A stretch of 38,651 bases of DNA, taken from NCBI RefSeq assembly GCF_001194135.2, contig NC_068983.1, positions 25,879,379 through 25,918,029 on the forward strand, written 5' to 3'. Shown in pieces: positions 22,855 to 34,869 of the stretch. The notes beneath the pieces were generated by a model. That model ran no database searches. It was not told the origin of the DNA and saw only the letters and a program-made list of their open reading frames with translations. The position numbers were made by a program, and so were the translations under genes. Numbering within the stretch: position 1 is the stretch's first letter; every line of letters begins with the position of its first letter. The DNA is from Octopus bimaculoides (lineage: Eukaryota).

Positions 22855-24566
22855 GGCTAAGGAAAAAGAGATTTTTCTCTGTTGGCAAAACATTTGGATA
22901 TAAAATAGGTGTTGTTTTGATACACAGAATCTGAGAACGGCATCCATTTGTTACTATCACGTCAAAGTATTTTAAATATTTCAGTATTTCAATGTCTCTT
23001 ATTTTATCAATAAAACAACTTAGGAAGAATAAGGCGTAACATACAAATATTAATAGAAACTGTTTTTTCTTCAAAACTTCTGTTTTCTTAAAATTCTACT
23101 GAAAAACTAGTAACAAATCTTTGAAATTGCCTCGTCATTTAGGCTTAATTTCATATAAAGTTTCGTTTAAACTATTTTCGTGAGTGCTGAGGATTAGGAT
23201 CAACGCTAGCCAGGTTCCAGCAATATTGCCCCTTCATATGCAAGTGCCATCTGCTTTGATAACTTTGTTGAATTGAATGGATATGTTCGCCCCAAAGCAT
23301 GATCCGTCTGTATTTATAGCTTTAACAAACAGCGTCATAATGCCAAGTTTGATATGAAGAAGAGGTAGGATGATTTTTTTCCCGGTTGATCTAAAGGCTC
23401 TTCAACAAAGTTAGAGACCCTGAAATTAATATGTACTGCAGCCATTCTTTGATCACCCAATGTTTTTAACTGAATCTTCTGTCGCACAGACATAAAAGAG
23501 ATATAGATATTTGGTGTATCCATCTTGTTGGTCCCAGGAGAAAGTCCGCGCATATTTCCCACTGACGTTAGTGGCACACAATTTACTCTATAGTTGTGCT
23601 TTCACGGCTTCATATGTCTCTGTTAGTTTTGTAGAGTAAGCTATTGGAAGAGAGGCCGATATATTTCTAACTTCTTTTCGAGTTATCAATAAAAAGGTAA
23701 CATTCACTTGCATCACATTCCGCTAATCTCATCCTGCCATGCAGTCCCTCGCTGTGTGTACAATACAATAACTCATCATTTTTTTAAAAATCGAAACTTA
23801 AGTTCATCTGCAGAATTTTTTGATAAGTGTAAGACTCTTACCAAGTCATAGCGATCATTTCGATCAAATAAATACTGGTTTGATGATCTAGTGCGAAAGT
23901 AACCCGAATCATATGTGGTTTCCTCTCGATCGGTTGATACTTTCATGCCAACAAGCTCAAAAATTTGTCCTAAATTTCACTAGTAAACAATGCAATTTTC
24001 TAAAACGTGAGAACAATGCGATATTTGTGAGGTTTGGGTATCTGGAAATCTAGAGGTGATACTCTTTACTCTTTACTCTTTTACTTGTTTCAGTTATTTG
24101 ACTGCGGCCATGCTGGAGCACCGCCTATAGTCGAGCAAATCGACCCTAGGACCTATTCTTTGTATGCCTAGTACTTATTCTATCGGTGTCTTTTGCCGAA
24201 CCACTAAGTTACAGGGACATAAACACACCAGCATCGGTTGTCAGGCGTTGTTGGGGGGACAAACACAGACACACAAACATATACACACACATATATATAC
24301 ATATATACGACCGTCTTCTTTCAGTTTCCGTCTACCAAATCCACTCACATAGCTTTGGTCGGCCCGAGGCGATAGTAGAAGACACTTGCCCAAGGTGCCG
24401 CGCAGTGGGACTGAACTCGAAACCATGTGGTTGGTAAGCAAGCTACTTACCACACAGCCATTCCTGTGATGGTAAAAATAGTCCCATATTTGGATTTAGC
24501 ATATTACAAAAACGTTAAAATCTGGTAAAAACGGCCTGACAAAAAAATACTTGTTGCGTTGCGTAA
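22851..24566 (-). mobile_element. DNA transposon relic with a CMC/Chapaev3-like transposase, interrupted by a SINE
   Basis: Minus-strand frameshifted motifs in order: YDLVRVLHLSKNSADEL, YLFIDNSKRS, SLPIAYSTKLTETYEAVK, WEICADFLLG, QDGYTKY (23501-23527), IILPLLHIKLGIMTLFVKAI (23317-23374). Inverted subterminal similarity between 22927-22963 and 24053-24060 joined to 24469-24497. The superfamily label comes from recalled motifs and the exact ends are uncertain. Confidence 0.7.
24061..24467 (-). mobile_element. SINE family 2, full length
   Basis: Co-linear with 19671-20149; B box GAGTTCAGTCCC on the minus strand; tail (ACTCTTT)n on the plus strand. Confidence 0.92.
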
Positions 24567-26477
24567 TTATTAACAATACCAATAATGACGATATGTTATG
24601 ATGTAATCACAATTTGTCAATCTCCTCAAAGAATAAAAAGGATCGTGCTCCGTTTTACCCACTTGAAAATCTTTAGGTGCTTAAGTGATGCAAAGAAGTT
24701 TTAAGCGACAATCAAACATTATCACATTTCATGTCATTTCTACCTTGCGTGAAACACTATAACATATATAATTTGAAGGTTATTTTTGGCTGATATACTT
24801 TATCAAAATTAGGTTTTCATTAGTGATACTACAATTCAAAGGGTTAGCCATAAGTCATTGAATTACTATAGAAAATTCTTATATCGGCAAACAGTGCCAA
24901 ACTTTGATTTTTTTTTTTTTTTTTGCCATTTAGTAAATTTAAGAACCGAACTACAAATTTGTAAATTTAAATTTAGAATTAATTACAATTTTTCAAAATT
25001 CGTATTGGATAGGCCTAAAGTTGTTATTTTTCCCATACTAGACAGCACATGCACGAATCTATTTGGTATTAGTCATTAGCCCTGTTCAGTTGTTATTAAG
25101 CAGCTAGTTTAGTTAATGCATTCCATCAATGACCATCTCTGACATAATATAAACAATATGTAATCTATAAAGGGCTAAATGTTAAAGCTTAGAACGCAGT
25201 GTAGCCAAAGGTGGAGAGTTCTTGAAAAGGATAGATGACGCTTTTAAAACAGAATGTAACACAGAAAAGGCTTTTCGGCAAAAGAAGCATGAGTTACGGC
25301 TGCAGAGCTTTTGAAATATAAATCAAAGATATATTCGTGTTGTATTTTAATCTCATTATTTGCATACAAACTGATGGTAAATCTGCAATGAAAATATGGC
25401 AGTGTACATATATCCATTTGAAAATGACCAATAAATTTGACATTCACTTCGCCTGGCCGCTCTGTTGGATAATATCGAAAAGCAACGCTTTCATATTTGA
25501 TAATACTCAAATCTTCGTAATGTTTCGAACAAGCAGCATCGTTAATACGAATATAATCATACAGTGTTCGTTCACCAATTAAATATCTCTCGCTTACAAT
25601 GGCAATAAAAACCTAATTGGTATAGTAATAAACATGTTACTGCTGCAATAAACTTCCTCTGGTTCATAATAAGCCGCATAATTGTTTTAATTCCTTTTCT
25701 CTCTTCCCTATATTATGTCAAATGAAGTGTTCGTTCGTTGACAGATGCCACAGACTGCAAAATGCCAAGCAATAAATATTATTTGTAGACAATTATTTCA
25801 GCATTAATTTTATCAAACTCATCACGTAAATAGAACTTGCATTGTTTTACTGCCAATGTTTTTGTGTTTTGATTTCTTTTTGTGAGTTGAGCTATTGACA
25901 ACGTTTACTGATTACATTTAAATTGAACTCGCTCGTTTCCTTCCATCAGTTTCCAGGATTCCACCGTACTGTGTATATTTTAGACTATATTTAAGGCTGT
26001 CTATTAGCAGAGTCGTTAGTGTCTAAATAATGTTGCCTTGCGTAATTCATTTCGGCAGTGATGACTACCGTGGTCGCCATTGCTTTTCATCATATCGAGA
26101 TCGATACATAAAAAAACGTTCCTGTACTGAGGTTGATTACTCTCTTTCTCTCTCTGATTCGCTATCCTTCTGGAAGCAACCTGTCATAGTATAACAAGGT
26201 GAGTGATAGGTTCTATAAAGTATAAAATTTCCGAAGATACACATTCTGTTACGACTGAGCCGTTATACCACCCTCAGGAGTTCCCGGCTCCAGGTAAGGC
26301 ATGCATAATTTGATTGTTATTATAGGGTTAAAACCTAATATACATAGCAGCATAAACTTTACCTTACTTTAGAACTGAGTGTAGTGGGCACGATTATTTT
26401 ATGCTGGCTAAAACAAGTCTGTATAGATAACAAAAAGTACTCTTTTAGTTAGCTAAATATTTAAGGTGAAGCAATTT

Positions 26478-26551
26478 AAAATAAGCACAAGAGAGCCATG
26501 TGATTGAATTGGTTTTCTAGCCTGCTATATTTGGATTCAGTCCCGCTACGG
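26478..26551 (+). mobile_element. SINE family 2 head, old, running into a gap
   Basis: AAGCACAAGAGAGCCATGTG...GGATTCAGTCCCGCTACGG resembles the family head; (TA)(CA) follows after the gap. Confidence 0.4.
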
Positions 26552-29500
26552 NNNNNNNNNNNNNNNNNNNNNNNNNNNNNNNNNNNNNNNNNNNNNNNNN
26601 NNNNNNNNNNNNNNNNNNNNNNNNNNNNNNNNNNNNNNNNNNNNNNNNNNNNNNNNNNNNNNNNNNNNNNNNNNNNNNNNNNNNNNNNNNNNNNNNNNNN
26701 NNNNNNNNNNNNNNNNNNNNNNNNNNNNNNNNNNNNNNNNNNNNNNNNNNNNNNNNNTATATATATGTATATATATATATATATATATACACATACATAT
26801 ACACACACACATAAATGCATCTATAGGTTCCTGTGAGTGTACGCACACTTTCGCATGTGTAGGTCTGTGATTGAGTATGCTTCTGCATTTTGAGTTATGC
26901 ATTACCGCTTGAGAGTCTCTGGTTCACAAGTGCACTGACTCCACTGTGTGTCCTTCCTACCGATACTGAAATAACTTCTGCTTTCCTCTTCCAATCGGTT
27001 CTTCTCCGATCGCTATTGTGCCCAAGAACTAATTTCCTGCGCTAGTTACTGCACTAAATCTTACCTTCGAACTTCAGCCCTCTCGGATTCCCTCTCTGCT
27101 AATATCTTTTCTGCATGTGTTGGCTTACATTATTTCAAAAGAAATATTAATGGCAGCTGTCTCGCAAGCTCAGAAATGGATGCAAAGGCCATGGACATTG
27201 TCTCATCAACCATTCCAACAAGTGAAGAAAAAATACCGGGAAGATAACTGCACACACGGAAAAAATAATGGCTATCTAATCACATTTGTTTTCATGTTGC
27301 TTAGTAGCATTTAAACTTCTATCGTGTAAATAGTATACAGCCAACACAAGTAAAGGCAACAAATTACTTTTGAACTTATTGGCCAAAGACGGAAGCAGGA
27401 TAATGGTGAAAATAGTGATTATAAAATTGTTATTAATATACAGTGCATAATCAACTGTGCATTATTATGGCCTTTAATGGCTGAATGTATCATCATTGCT
27501 ATTTAATAATTAATAGAGTTCTGTTACCATTTTTTTTGTACTTGCTTACTAAATGTTATTTTCTGATCATTGTATCCTTGCTTTGTTATTCTACTGAAGT
27601 TCGTTCTTTTTCTGATCAAATCCGTTTCAATGAATATGCATGCAAAATCGAGATAAACAGTGCAGGGAAGTCAACATTTGTTTCAACACTAATGTAAAAT
27701 CAATGCTCATAAGAGAACCTTGACGTTTTGATACATGAAACAAATATTACAGAGTAACCGTAACTAGAACATATATAGTCCGAAAAATAAAATCAAAATC
27801 TATTGAGAGTATACAGACATAAATGATTACAAATCTGTTTAGAATATTCACTAATCTATTCACTAATATATTAACTTAATTTATCACCTGAGTTACGAAC
27901 TGCGATGAAGAGATATCCGTGCATGTATTGTATCCTATCATTCTCACAATATAAATAATTTCAGCTGCCGGCTAAACATATGTCTATGCTCATAACAATA
28001 CAAATTGCTTCATTTAGTCGTGTTTAAAACTCTTTCTTCTAGTCCTCTTGGCAGATAAGTGTCTTCTACATTTAGCGAATTTATTTTACATGCAAACTAA
28101 CTTGAAATATCCGGCCTGGAGAATATGTACTAATTGTTAATACAATGCTTCACTGATAGAGGCTAGTAGCTTGAAATATTTATAGCTAGAGTTTATGAGA
28201 TAACATGTATAACAAGGATTTTCTTGGGATGAGCTTTGTAATAGTAATGTGAAATAGAGAGTTCATATGTTGATTTTAAAGCTGCCAGGCAAAGAGATGT
28301 ATACACTTTCAGAAATTGCTCATAACTAAATACTAAACAGGCTAGTGATGTATATCAAGACAGAGGTAGAGCTAATATATCAAATAAATCTAATTGGTTT
28401 TCTCGAAGCAAGGGAAATCTTAGCAACAAATAAACTAAATTGGAGCAAATCCTATAAATTATTGGCAGAGAATAGTTCAAATTTGCATTCTACAAGAAGA
28501 ATACTGATGAGATAATGACAAAAGGAAAGTGATGTGGAATTAAGTACATGTAAATTCGAAATGTGACAATAGATTTAGTAGGCGACTTGACAACATAAAT
28601 TGAAGTCAGCTTCACGTTTTTATGTTATTCCTGACATGATTGTGCCTTACATATTCTCAAAAGTGAGAAATATTTCAAAATTGAATCAACAATATTAACC
28701 TTAACACATAAAGATATTACTTTTGTACTTAGAAATACGTGTGTATCACGTTCCCTAATGATAATTTGACTTTGATTTCGACTATGAATATTAACGAAAA
28801 TCCTAAAATAAGGTTACAATATAAAAATTCAATGGTACATAAAAACAAAAAAACAAACAGCAAAAAAAACAAAACAGAATAAGAATATCAGCATCTTGCA
28901 TGAGTCATAGAGTAATAAATATATATATCATATACGTATAAGTCCACATAGGTTATGTAGAGTAAACACAATGCAAAATACTTTTAAATTATTTTAAAAT
29001 TGATTTGTTGGAAACAGTCTCCAATATTTTATTTGGATATATAATCAAAGATATGTAATCTCTCATGGTATTTTATGATATTTTACCGTGAACTTTTTAT
29101 GGTATTTTGCCGCATTCTGCATTCCTAGCCTAACTGTAAAGCGTTTAATGCAATTAAACGCCAAGTAATATTGGCAATAAATAATTTTAAAACATAATAA
29201 ACCATATCTTCTGTTTTACACTCTATAAAAATCAGGTTTTATTCTGAAGATTATTATCCCCGCAGCTATTATTTTTTATATGTTATATTGTATATTTTAT
29301 GTTAGTAATGATCAGATAATTGTAAGTAAAATTAATACTCCATATTCACTGATATATCTTTACAGAATACTGTTATACTACATAAGCTTGCTTTAATGTA
29401 ATATTTCGCTTTCGTCACACATGAAAACATATGTCGAAAGACATCGGAAATACATTGGTATTATGTTGATGTTTTGATATTGAAGAGGGTGAAACTAAAA

Positions 29501-31052
29501 GACTGACGAGAGATTTAAAAAGTATGAACGGAATGGTCGCATGTTTTACGAGAATGCGTGCAGAAACGTTTATTTAAAACAATAGAGCTTCTTCTGCAAA
29601 ACAACAAGCGTCTGCAATTCCCTTAGTATCTATGTATATTCTGTATATTCTTCTTTGGTGGAGTCATTAATTTAAAGTAATTCAAAGATAAAATTAATCA
29701 CGTCGTTCGCACTAGTATGAGAACATCCGTTCAGATCAGGATTACAAATACTTCCTGTAGACCAAAACATTAAAAACGAAGCAACAATCTAGGAACGTAT
29801 TCATATATCACGTTATGCTCATCGTGGCAGTTTATATCCTAGTTGGTACAATTTAGGATATACGTAATGTAGCAGTACTCGTTTTCAATGTCATTTATCA
29901 GTGGCTATATTACTATAAATTATCGAGGTTAAACTGTTAAATTGGAGTCCTTCAAATGCATGTAAGTTAGGGAGGTAATTTACAGCACTCTGTACTTGCA
30001 TTTGGAAACGGATATACAAATGAATTGAATGAAATAAATTGACCGAATTGTTGAGATTTCATTGAGAATGAGACAACCACATTGAACGCAAACATTCTTG
30101 TCATGAGAAAACAATATTTCTATATACTTCGTTGTAATTCATTGGAAAAATTTTACGAAATATAGATAGATATTCTAGTAAGTTATATTAACATAATTTG
30201 AAAATTATCAACCAATTTTACTCAGAATATCGTATTACTCATAGGAAAATAACTTTACTGATGCAATCACTGAAAATAATTTCAGGTCTAGTACATAGAA
30301 TGAACATTAAATATAGCCGGTTAGAAATCAAATCAAACTTTCGAGAGCAATATACACAATTTTTGGATGGGATATAACAAGTCCGCACCTTTTATTTCTG
30401 AATTCACCAATCAGAATCTCTCTCGGTCTACCGGAAACTGTCAAAACCTGTAGAATCTCTTTCATATCTTCATTGCACCTAAAAACGTTGCACCTATCGA
30501 ATGACACACCCGCACCTTAATTTATGTGAGACAGATCCAAGTCATTTATAGAGGTTGAATATTGTGAGATATTCGTAAATTTTTAAAGATATGTTAAAAC
30601 GATAATCATAAATAGCTATAAATGTTAGTGAAACAATTATTTAGGCTGAACATATCGCAATGTTATATACCCTTACGACATTGTAAAACAAAGCTTGTGC
30701 TACACATTATCCAATCTTCTTGGCCGAGAATTTAGCATTTCTATAAATAACATAAAATTTCTTCGCCCCATATCCCATACTGTTCTTATGTGATGTTATT
30801 AATAAGAGTTTCGACCAAATTTGATTTGCTAGAAAGATTTCTAGAACCACTCTGAAAGCACATTCACCTGTTTTATGTATAGAAATGCGAAAACAATATT
30901 AGTTAGACACATTATCATAACATATGCATGCGGATGATGATTTGAAATACTTAGAAAATTAGACCAACCGATTAGAGTTAAACAAGAAAAGTAATGAAAA
31001 ATGGTAACAAAAATCAGTCTTGAAACGAGCTATAATTGACATCTGTATATAC

Positions 31053-31130
31053 CAGTGGTTCCCAACAGTGGTTCCCAACAGTGGTTCCCAACAGTGGTTC
31101 CCAACAGTGGTTCCTAACAGTGGTTCCCAA
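31053..31130 (+). repeat. 13-bp tandem repeat (CAGTGGTTCCCAA)x6
   Basis: Six head-to-tail units; unit 5 has CCTAA. Confidence 0.97.
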
Positions 31131-31301
31131 TAATTTTATTTAAATGAATTCTCCTACAGACCCCTTTTAATATGCTTATCCTTATGCGTGTGTGTATATA
31201 TATATATATATATATGAAATGTTGAATATAGTTAACGGACCCCCAGTACTATCTTTGCGGACCACCAGGGATCCTCGGACTTCAGGTTGGTTAAACTACT
31301 G
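31053..31301. mobile_element. hAT (Charlie/MER5-like) MITE with an 8-bp TSD and a six-fold amplified terminus
   Basis: Left end CAGTGGTTCCCAA; right end ...GCGGACCACCAGGGATCCTCGGAC...AAACTACTG. TSD GTATATAC (31045-31052) versus GTATATAT (31302-31309). Confidence 0.8.
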
Positions 31302-32206
31302 GTATATATAAACATTTTAAGGTTGCAACTTCCGAACTTTACAGTGAGACAATTGCATAATTAATTAAACTTTCAACAATTTTCTGTACAAAAGTTGGAA
31401 TATTCATTAAGTAGTAAGCTCTTCTATGGTCAATGATGGCCAGGGTAAAAGAAACGTGTTTCTTAAATGATTCATGCTTACAAAGAATACAACACAGTGT
31501 AGAGACATTTAGAAAAGCAAGCAGCGAGCGAAATGTTCCGCAGATAAATATCCTTATGAAATCAGTTTCAATCAATTGCATCTCCAAACAAAAACACAGA
31601 CACTGTAAACTATTTATATGTAACATAGGTATCTCCATATAACAATAGATAAACGAATTCGGTTATCAGACACGAGTATAAGGGTTATGACAAGTGTAAA
31701 TAAAATGTTTATAGAAGATATAAATAATATGACAATATTACAAGACACGCCTTTCCATGTCTAGCATTAAGGCGTGTGCATATGCGTAAGAATGTAAATA
31801 TTTGTGCAGTGCTACTCCCACCGTCCTCTCCAAACACTTGATAGTTCACTTTGGCGCATATGCCAGATGCGTAAACAACTAGCATATCAAGTTTGAAGAC
31901 AGTTATTGATCAAGTAGTCGCGTCAAAATCATGAATTAGTGAGGAAGTACTTTTGCTAAATATTACTAAATATAACTGCCGCATTTTGGATCATTTGGCA
32001 AACTAGAGATATTGATAAAATGTAGACCATCTTCCTATGATAATTTCATATTTATATACATATATGCTTGCATAGCATATGAAACCAGCAAACGCTACTA
32101 CGCAGCTCACGTATAAAGCATAGTTATATATTTTCACATATATACCGTCTCTTACTCTTTCATCCCTCTCTCTCTCTCTCTCTAAACACAGTCACACACT
32201 CACACA

Positions 32207-32219
<13 letters not shown>

Positions 32220-32267
<48 letters not shown>

Positions 32268-32296
32268 GAGAGAGACAGAGAGAGAAAGACAGAGAA
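32220..32296. repeat. (GA)n microsatellite
   Basis: Directly visible. Confidence 0.95.
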
Positions 32297-33432
32297 ACAA
32301 TGTTAACTGGTGTGGTGGAATAGTGGCATACTGGCGTTTAAGGACAATTCATTTACTAATCATACTAGATAGGATTACGATGGTTTATGTAAATCTGTAA
32401 ATCATTTACATAGGAGACTTGTGATACACGAAAATTAGCTATATATCTATATAAGAGAATGTATTTTTCGTCTTTATATCGGGTCATATTTTCTACTGTG
32501 AATTTCTTCAATTTATGACAGTATGATGTAATCAGACGAAATTTGGTTGCTATATTTAGGAAATGCGTTTCATTACACAATCGGACCGTGTTCGGTTCGA
32601 ATCAACTTCCTTCGCTTTAAGAAACGTGATTTTGTTGAAATTCATTTGAAAATGTGCGCACTCCTACCAGTCATGCGTAAGATGTGTGGAAACCAGTTTG
32701 CCTGCCAATGAGCAACACGAAAACACTCACACGTGCAAGAAAATCCTCTCACATACAAGCACTTAGACGCACACAAACCACTTATTTACATCTTCCTCGT
32801 TCCATATCTTCTACTGTTAAAATCAAGGAGTGGAAATTACTAGTTACTTCATTTCATTAAGGAAGTATCTACCTCGGACAATAATCTGAGAATGTGGAAA
32901 TGGTGACAAATTTTCAGTTATATATATATATATATATATATNNNNNNNNNNNNNNNNNNNNNNNNNNNNNNNNNNNNNNNNNNNNNNNNNNNNNNNNNNN
33001 NNNNNNNNNNNNNNNNNNNNNNNNNATATAATAGATCGTCAACCATACTGTTATGAACTGTAAATAAGAGATTTGTATGTGTAGTTCTTGACTCATGGCA
33101 CTTGAACAGGAAACGGGATGGTCAGAGAGGAAAAGTATTGAGGCAATGTGAATACGAAGTTACTTCTGGTAAATAACAGGAGCAATTTGTTACCGAAAAA
33201 GTATTGGAATTTCATGATGGAAATATAATGCAATTATTACTACTAAGAGGCTAACTTTGTTAACACTTACACAAAGGTGTGGCTGTTTTAAATTACTTAG
33301 CCTAGAAATAAGTCGATCCGTCCACAAACATTAGTAGTTGTTAGATACTACTGATGTTAATGCAGTGAATACCATGCTTCGATTTCTGTATGTTTACAAC
33401 CTGTGTGTATGTTTATATATATATATATATAT

Positions 33433-33556
33433 ATACGACGACCTTCTTTAGGTTACCGCACTTTAGCCACCTCGGGACTAAAATGCACTATCCAAAATGG
33501 CACGCGGTGGGATATAACCTGAAGACATGTGATGGGAAGCATATTTCTTATCACCC
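33433..33556 (-). mobile_element. SINE family 2, old 5' half
   Basis: TATACGACG..CTTCTTT, CTCGGGACTA, CACGCGGTGGGA and ACATGTG align with the family head. Confidence 0.5.
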
Positions 33557-34869
33557 ATTTCTTATCAAATTATATGCGTGAATGTGCTGGGGAGCATGTG
33601 TGAGTAAGATTCTAAACGCATGGATTGATCAATGTACACAAAGCTTATATAATATAAACCAGAACTTTGAATGAGAAAGATCCATGGTATTCAATTTTTC
33701 TAGACATTAAGTTTCGTTGATTCCCAATTTAATGAAACTAAATCCTGGATAATAGGAATATAAAACCTTCAAGAATATAACTGCATGCTAGAAGTATCTT
33801 TTTAAGCTACAGAATATCAAAATCAGCAGATTAGTTTGGCCAGTAAAAAGAATACGTGTACGATGAAAATAATGTGAATAATATATTTGGTACCTTATCA
33901 AATAACAAGTTTTCTTTAATCTATTAAAAAAGCACAAAATGCTGTTGTAACCAAATTCTACTGTTTACAGCTTTTGAATGAATTTCAATTGTTTATCATA
34001 TATACTATTCGTCATACATTTATACTAAGAAAAAAAATGTATATTTTTGCTGGGGGTTTTTTTCTTTCTGATTTTAGCAAATCCAATTGTTTACATGAAA
34101 CTGCGAAAAACGTACCGAAGTTTTACATGCGTAGAAGCTAAACTAATAGCTTATTGCTGTTGCAGAAGACAGTGTTTGATTCACACAAAGAAAGAAACAA
34201 CAAGCTATATATTATTTACTTAGATTTGAAGAAGCAGAAAATGCGCTTATTTATCTAAAGAAATAATGTTAAAAAATAGCCAAATTACTTTCATCCCTGT
34301 TTGAAATAAGACACACATGCTAACTCGCGTTAGTGTGCGTGTACTTGGGCGCGCATGTCACTAGGTATGTATGTATGCATGCATGGATGCATGTATTTGT
34401 GTACGTATGTGTTTATGTATGTGTGTGTGTATGTGTGTAAAATGTGTGTAAAATGTGTGTTTTATGTTTGTGTGAGCGTATATAAGTGCGTATGCCGTGT
34501 GTTTGTACGTGTGTACCTACGGATGGGTGTATGTTTACGTATGTATGAAATCCCATTACCATTCCCTGAAAAACATGCTGGCAAATTTTAATTTCTCAGA
34601 CTTGGCTTGTGTGTAACAACGTAATGTAATATCGGTAGAATGACATTCGCAACCAGTATTTTGTATAAGACTTATCATTCAAATTTAATACGCATGCATG
34701 CCTAATCTTTCAAAATCATCATCATCGTCATCGCCCACGTTCTCATCAACATTATCAGCGTCTTCATTTACTAGAAGAATTTAGCCTGGGATAGAGGGAC
34801 ATTGCCTTTGATTTTTCAGGAAGTTGCATGCTGATGAAAATGAGAACTTTGAAGTTCCACTTGTACAGA

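Noticed and set aside
26150-26300. Strong-looking splice donors AAG|GTGAGT (26198) and CAG|GTAAGG (~26292)
   Set aside because: No credible acceptor or open exon could be paired with them; such motifs are expected by chance in 38 kb.
26950-27120. Minus-strand mini-exon candidate (KILAERESERAEVR|GTAAG) or decayed CR1 fragment
   Set aside because: The acceptor lacks a polypyrimidine tract and neither reading gives a recognisable motif.
28503-28535. CTGATGA...GAAA hammerhead-like words (similar partial words at 17080-17100, 19282, 29504 and 34831)
   Set aside because: No stem II pairing or stem I/III context.
31053-31130. Possible CRISPR-like array
   Set aside because: The units are head-to-tail with no spacers, the context is eukaryotic, and a hAT terminus explains them.
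31745-31777. 9-bp inverted repeat ACACGCCTT/AAGGCGTGT, and a similar palindrome at 16194-16210
   Set aside because: Isolated short hairpins are expected by chance; there is no TSD or copy evidence.
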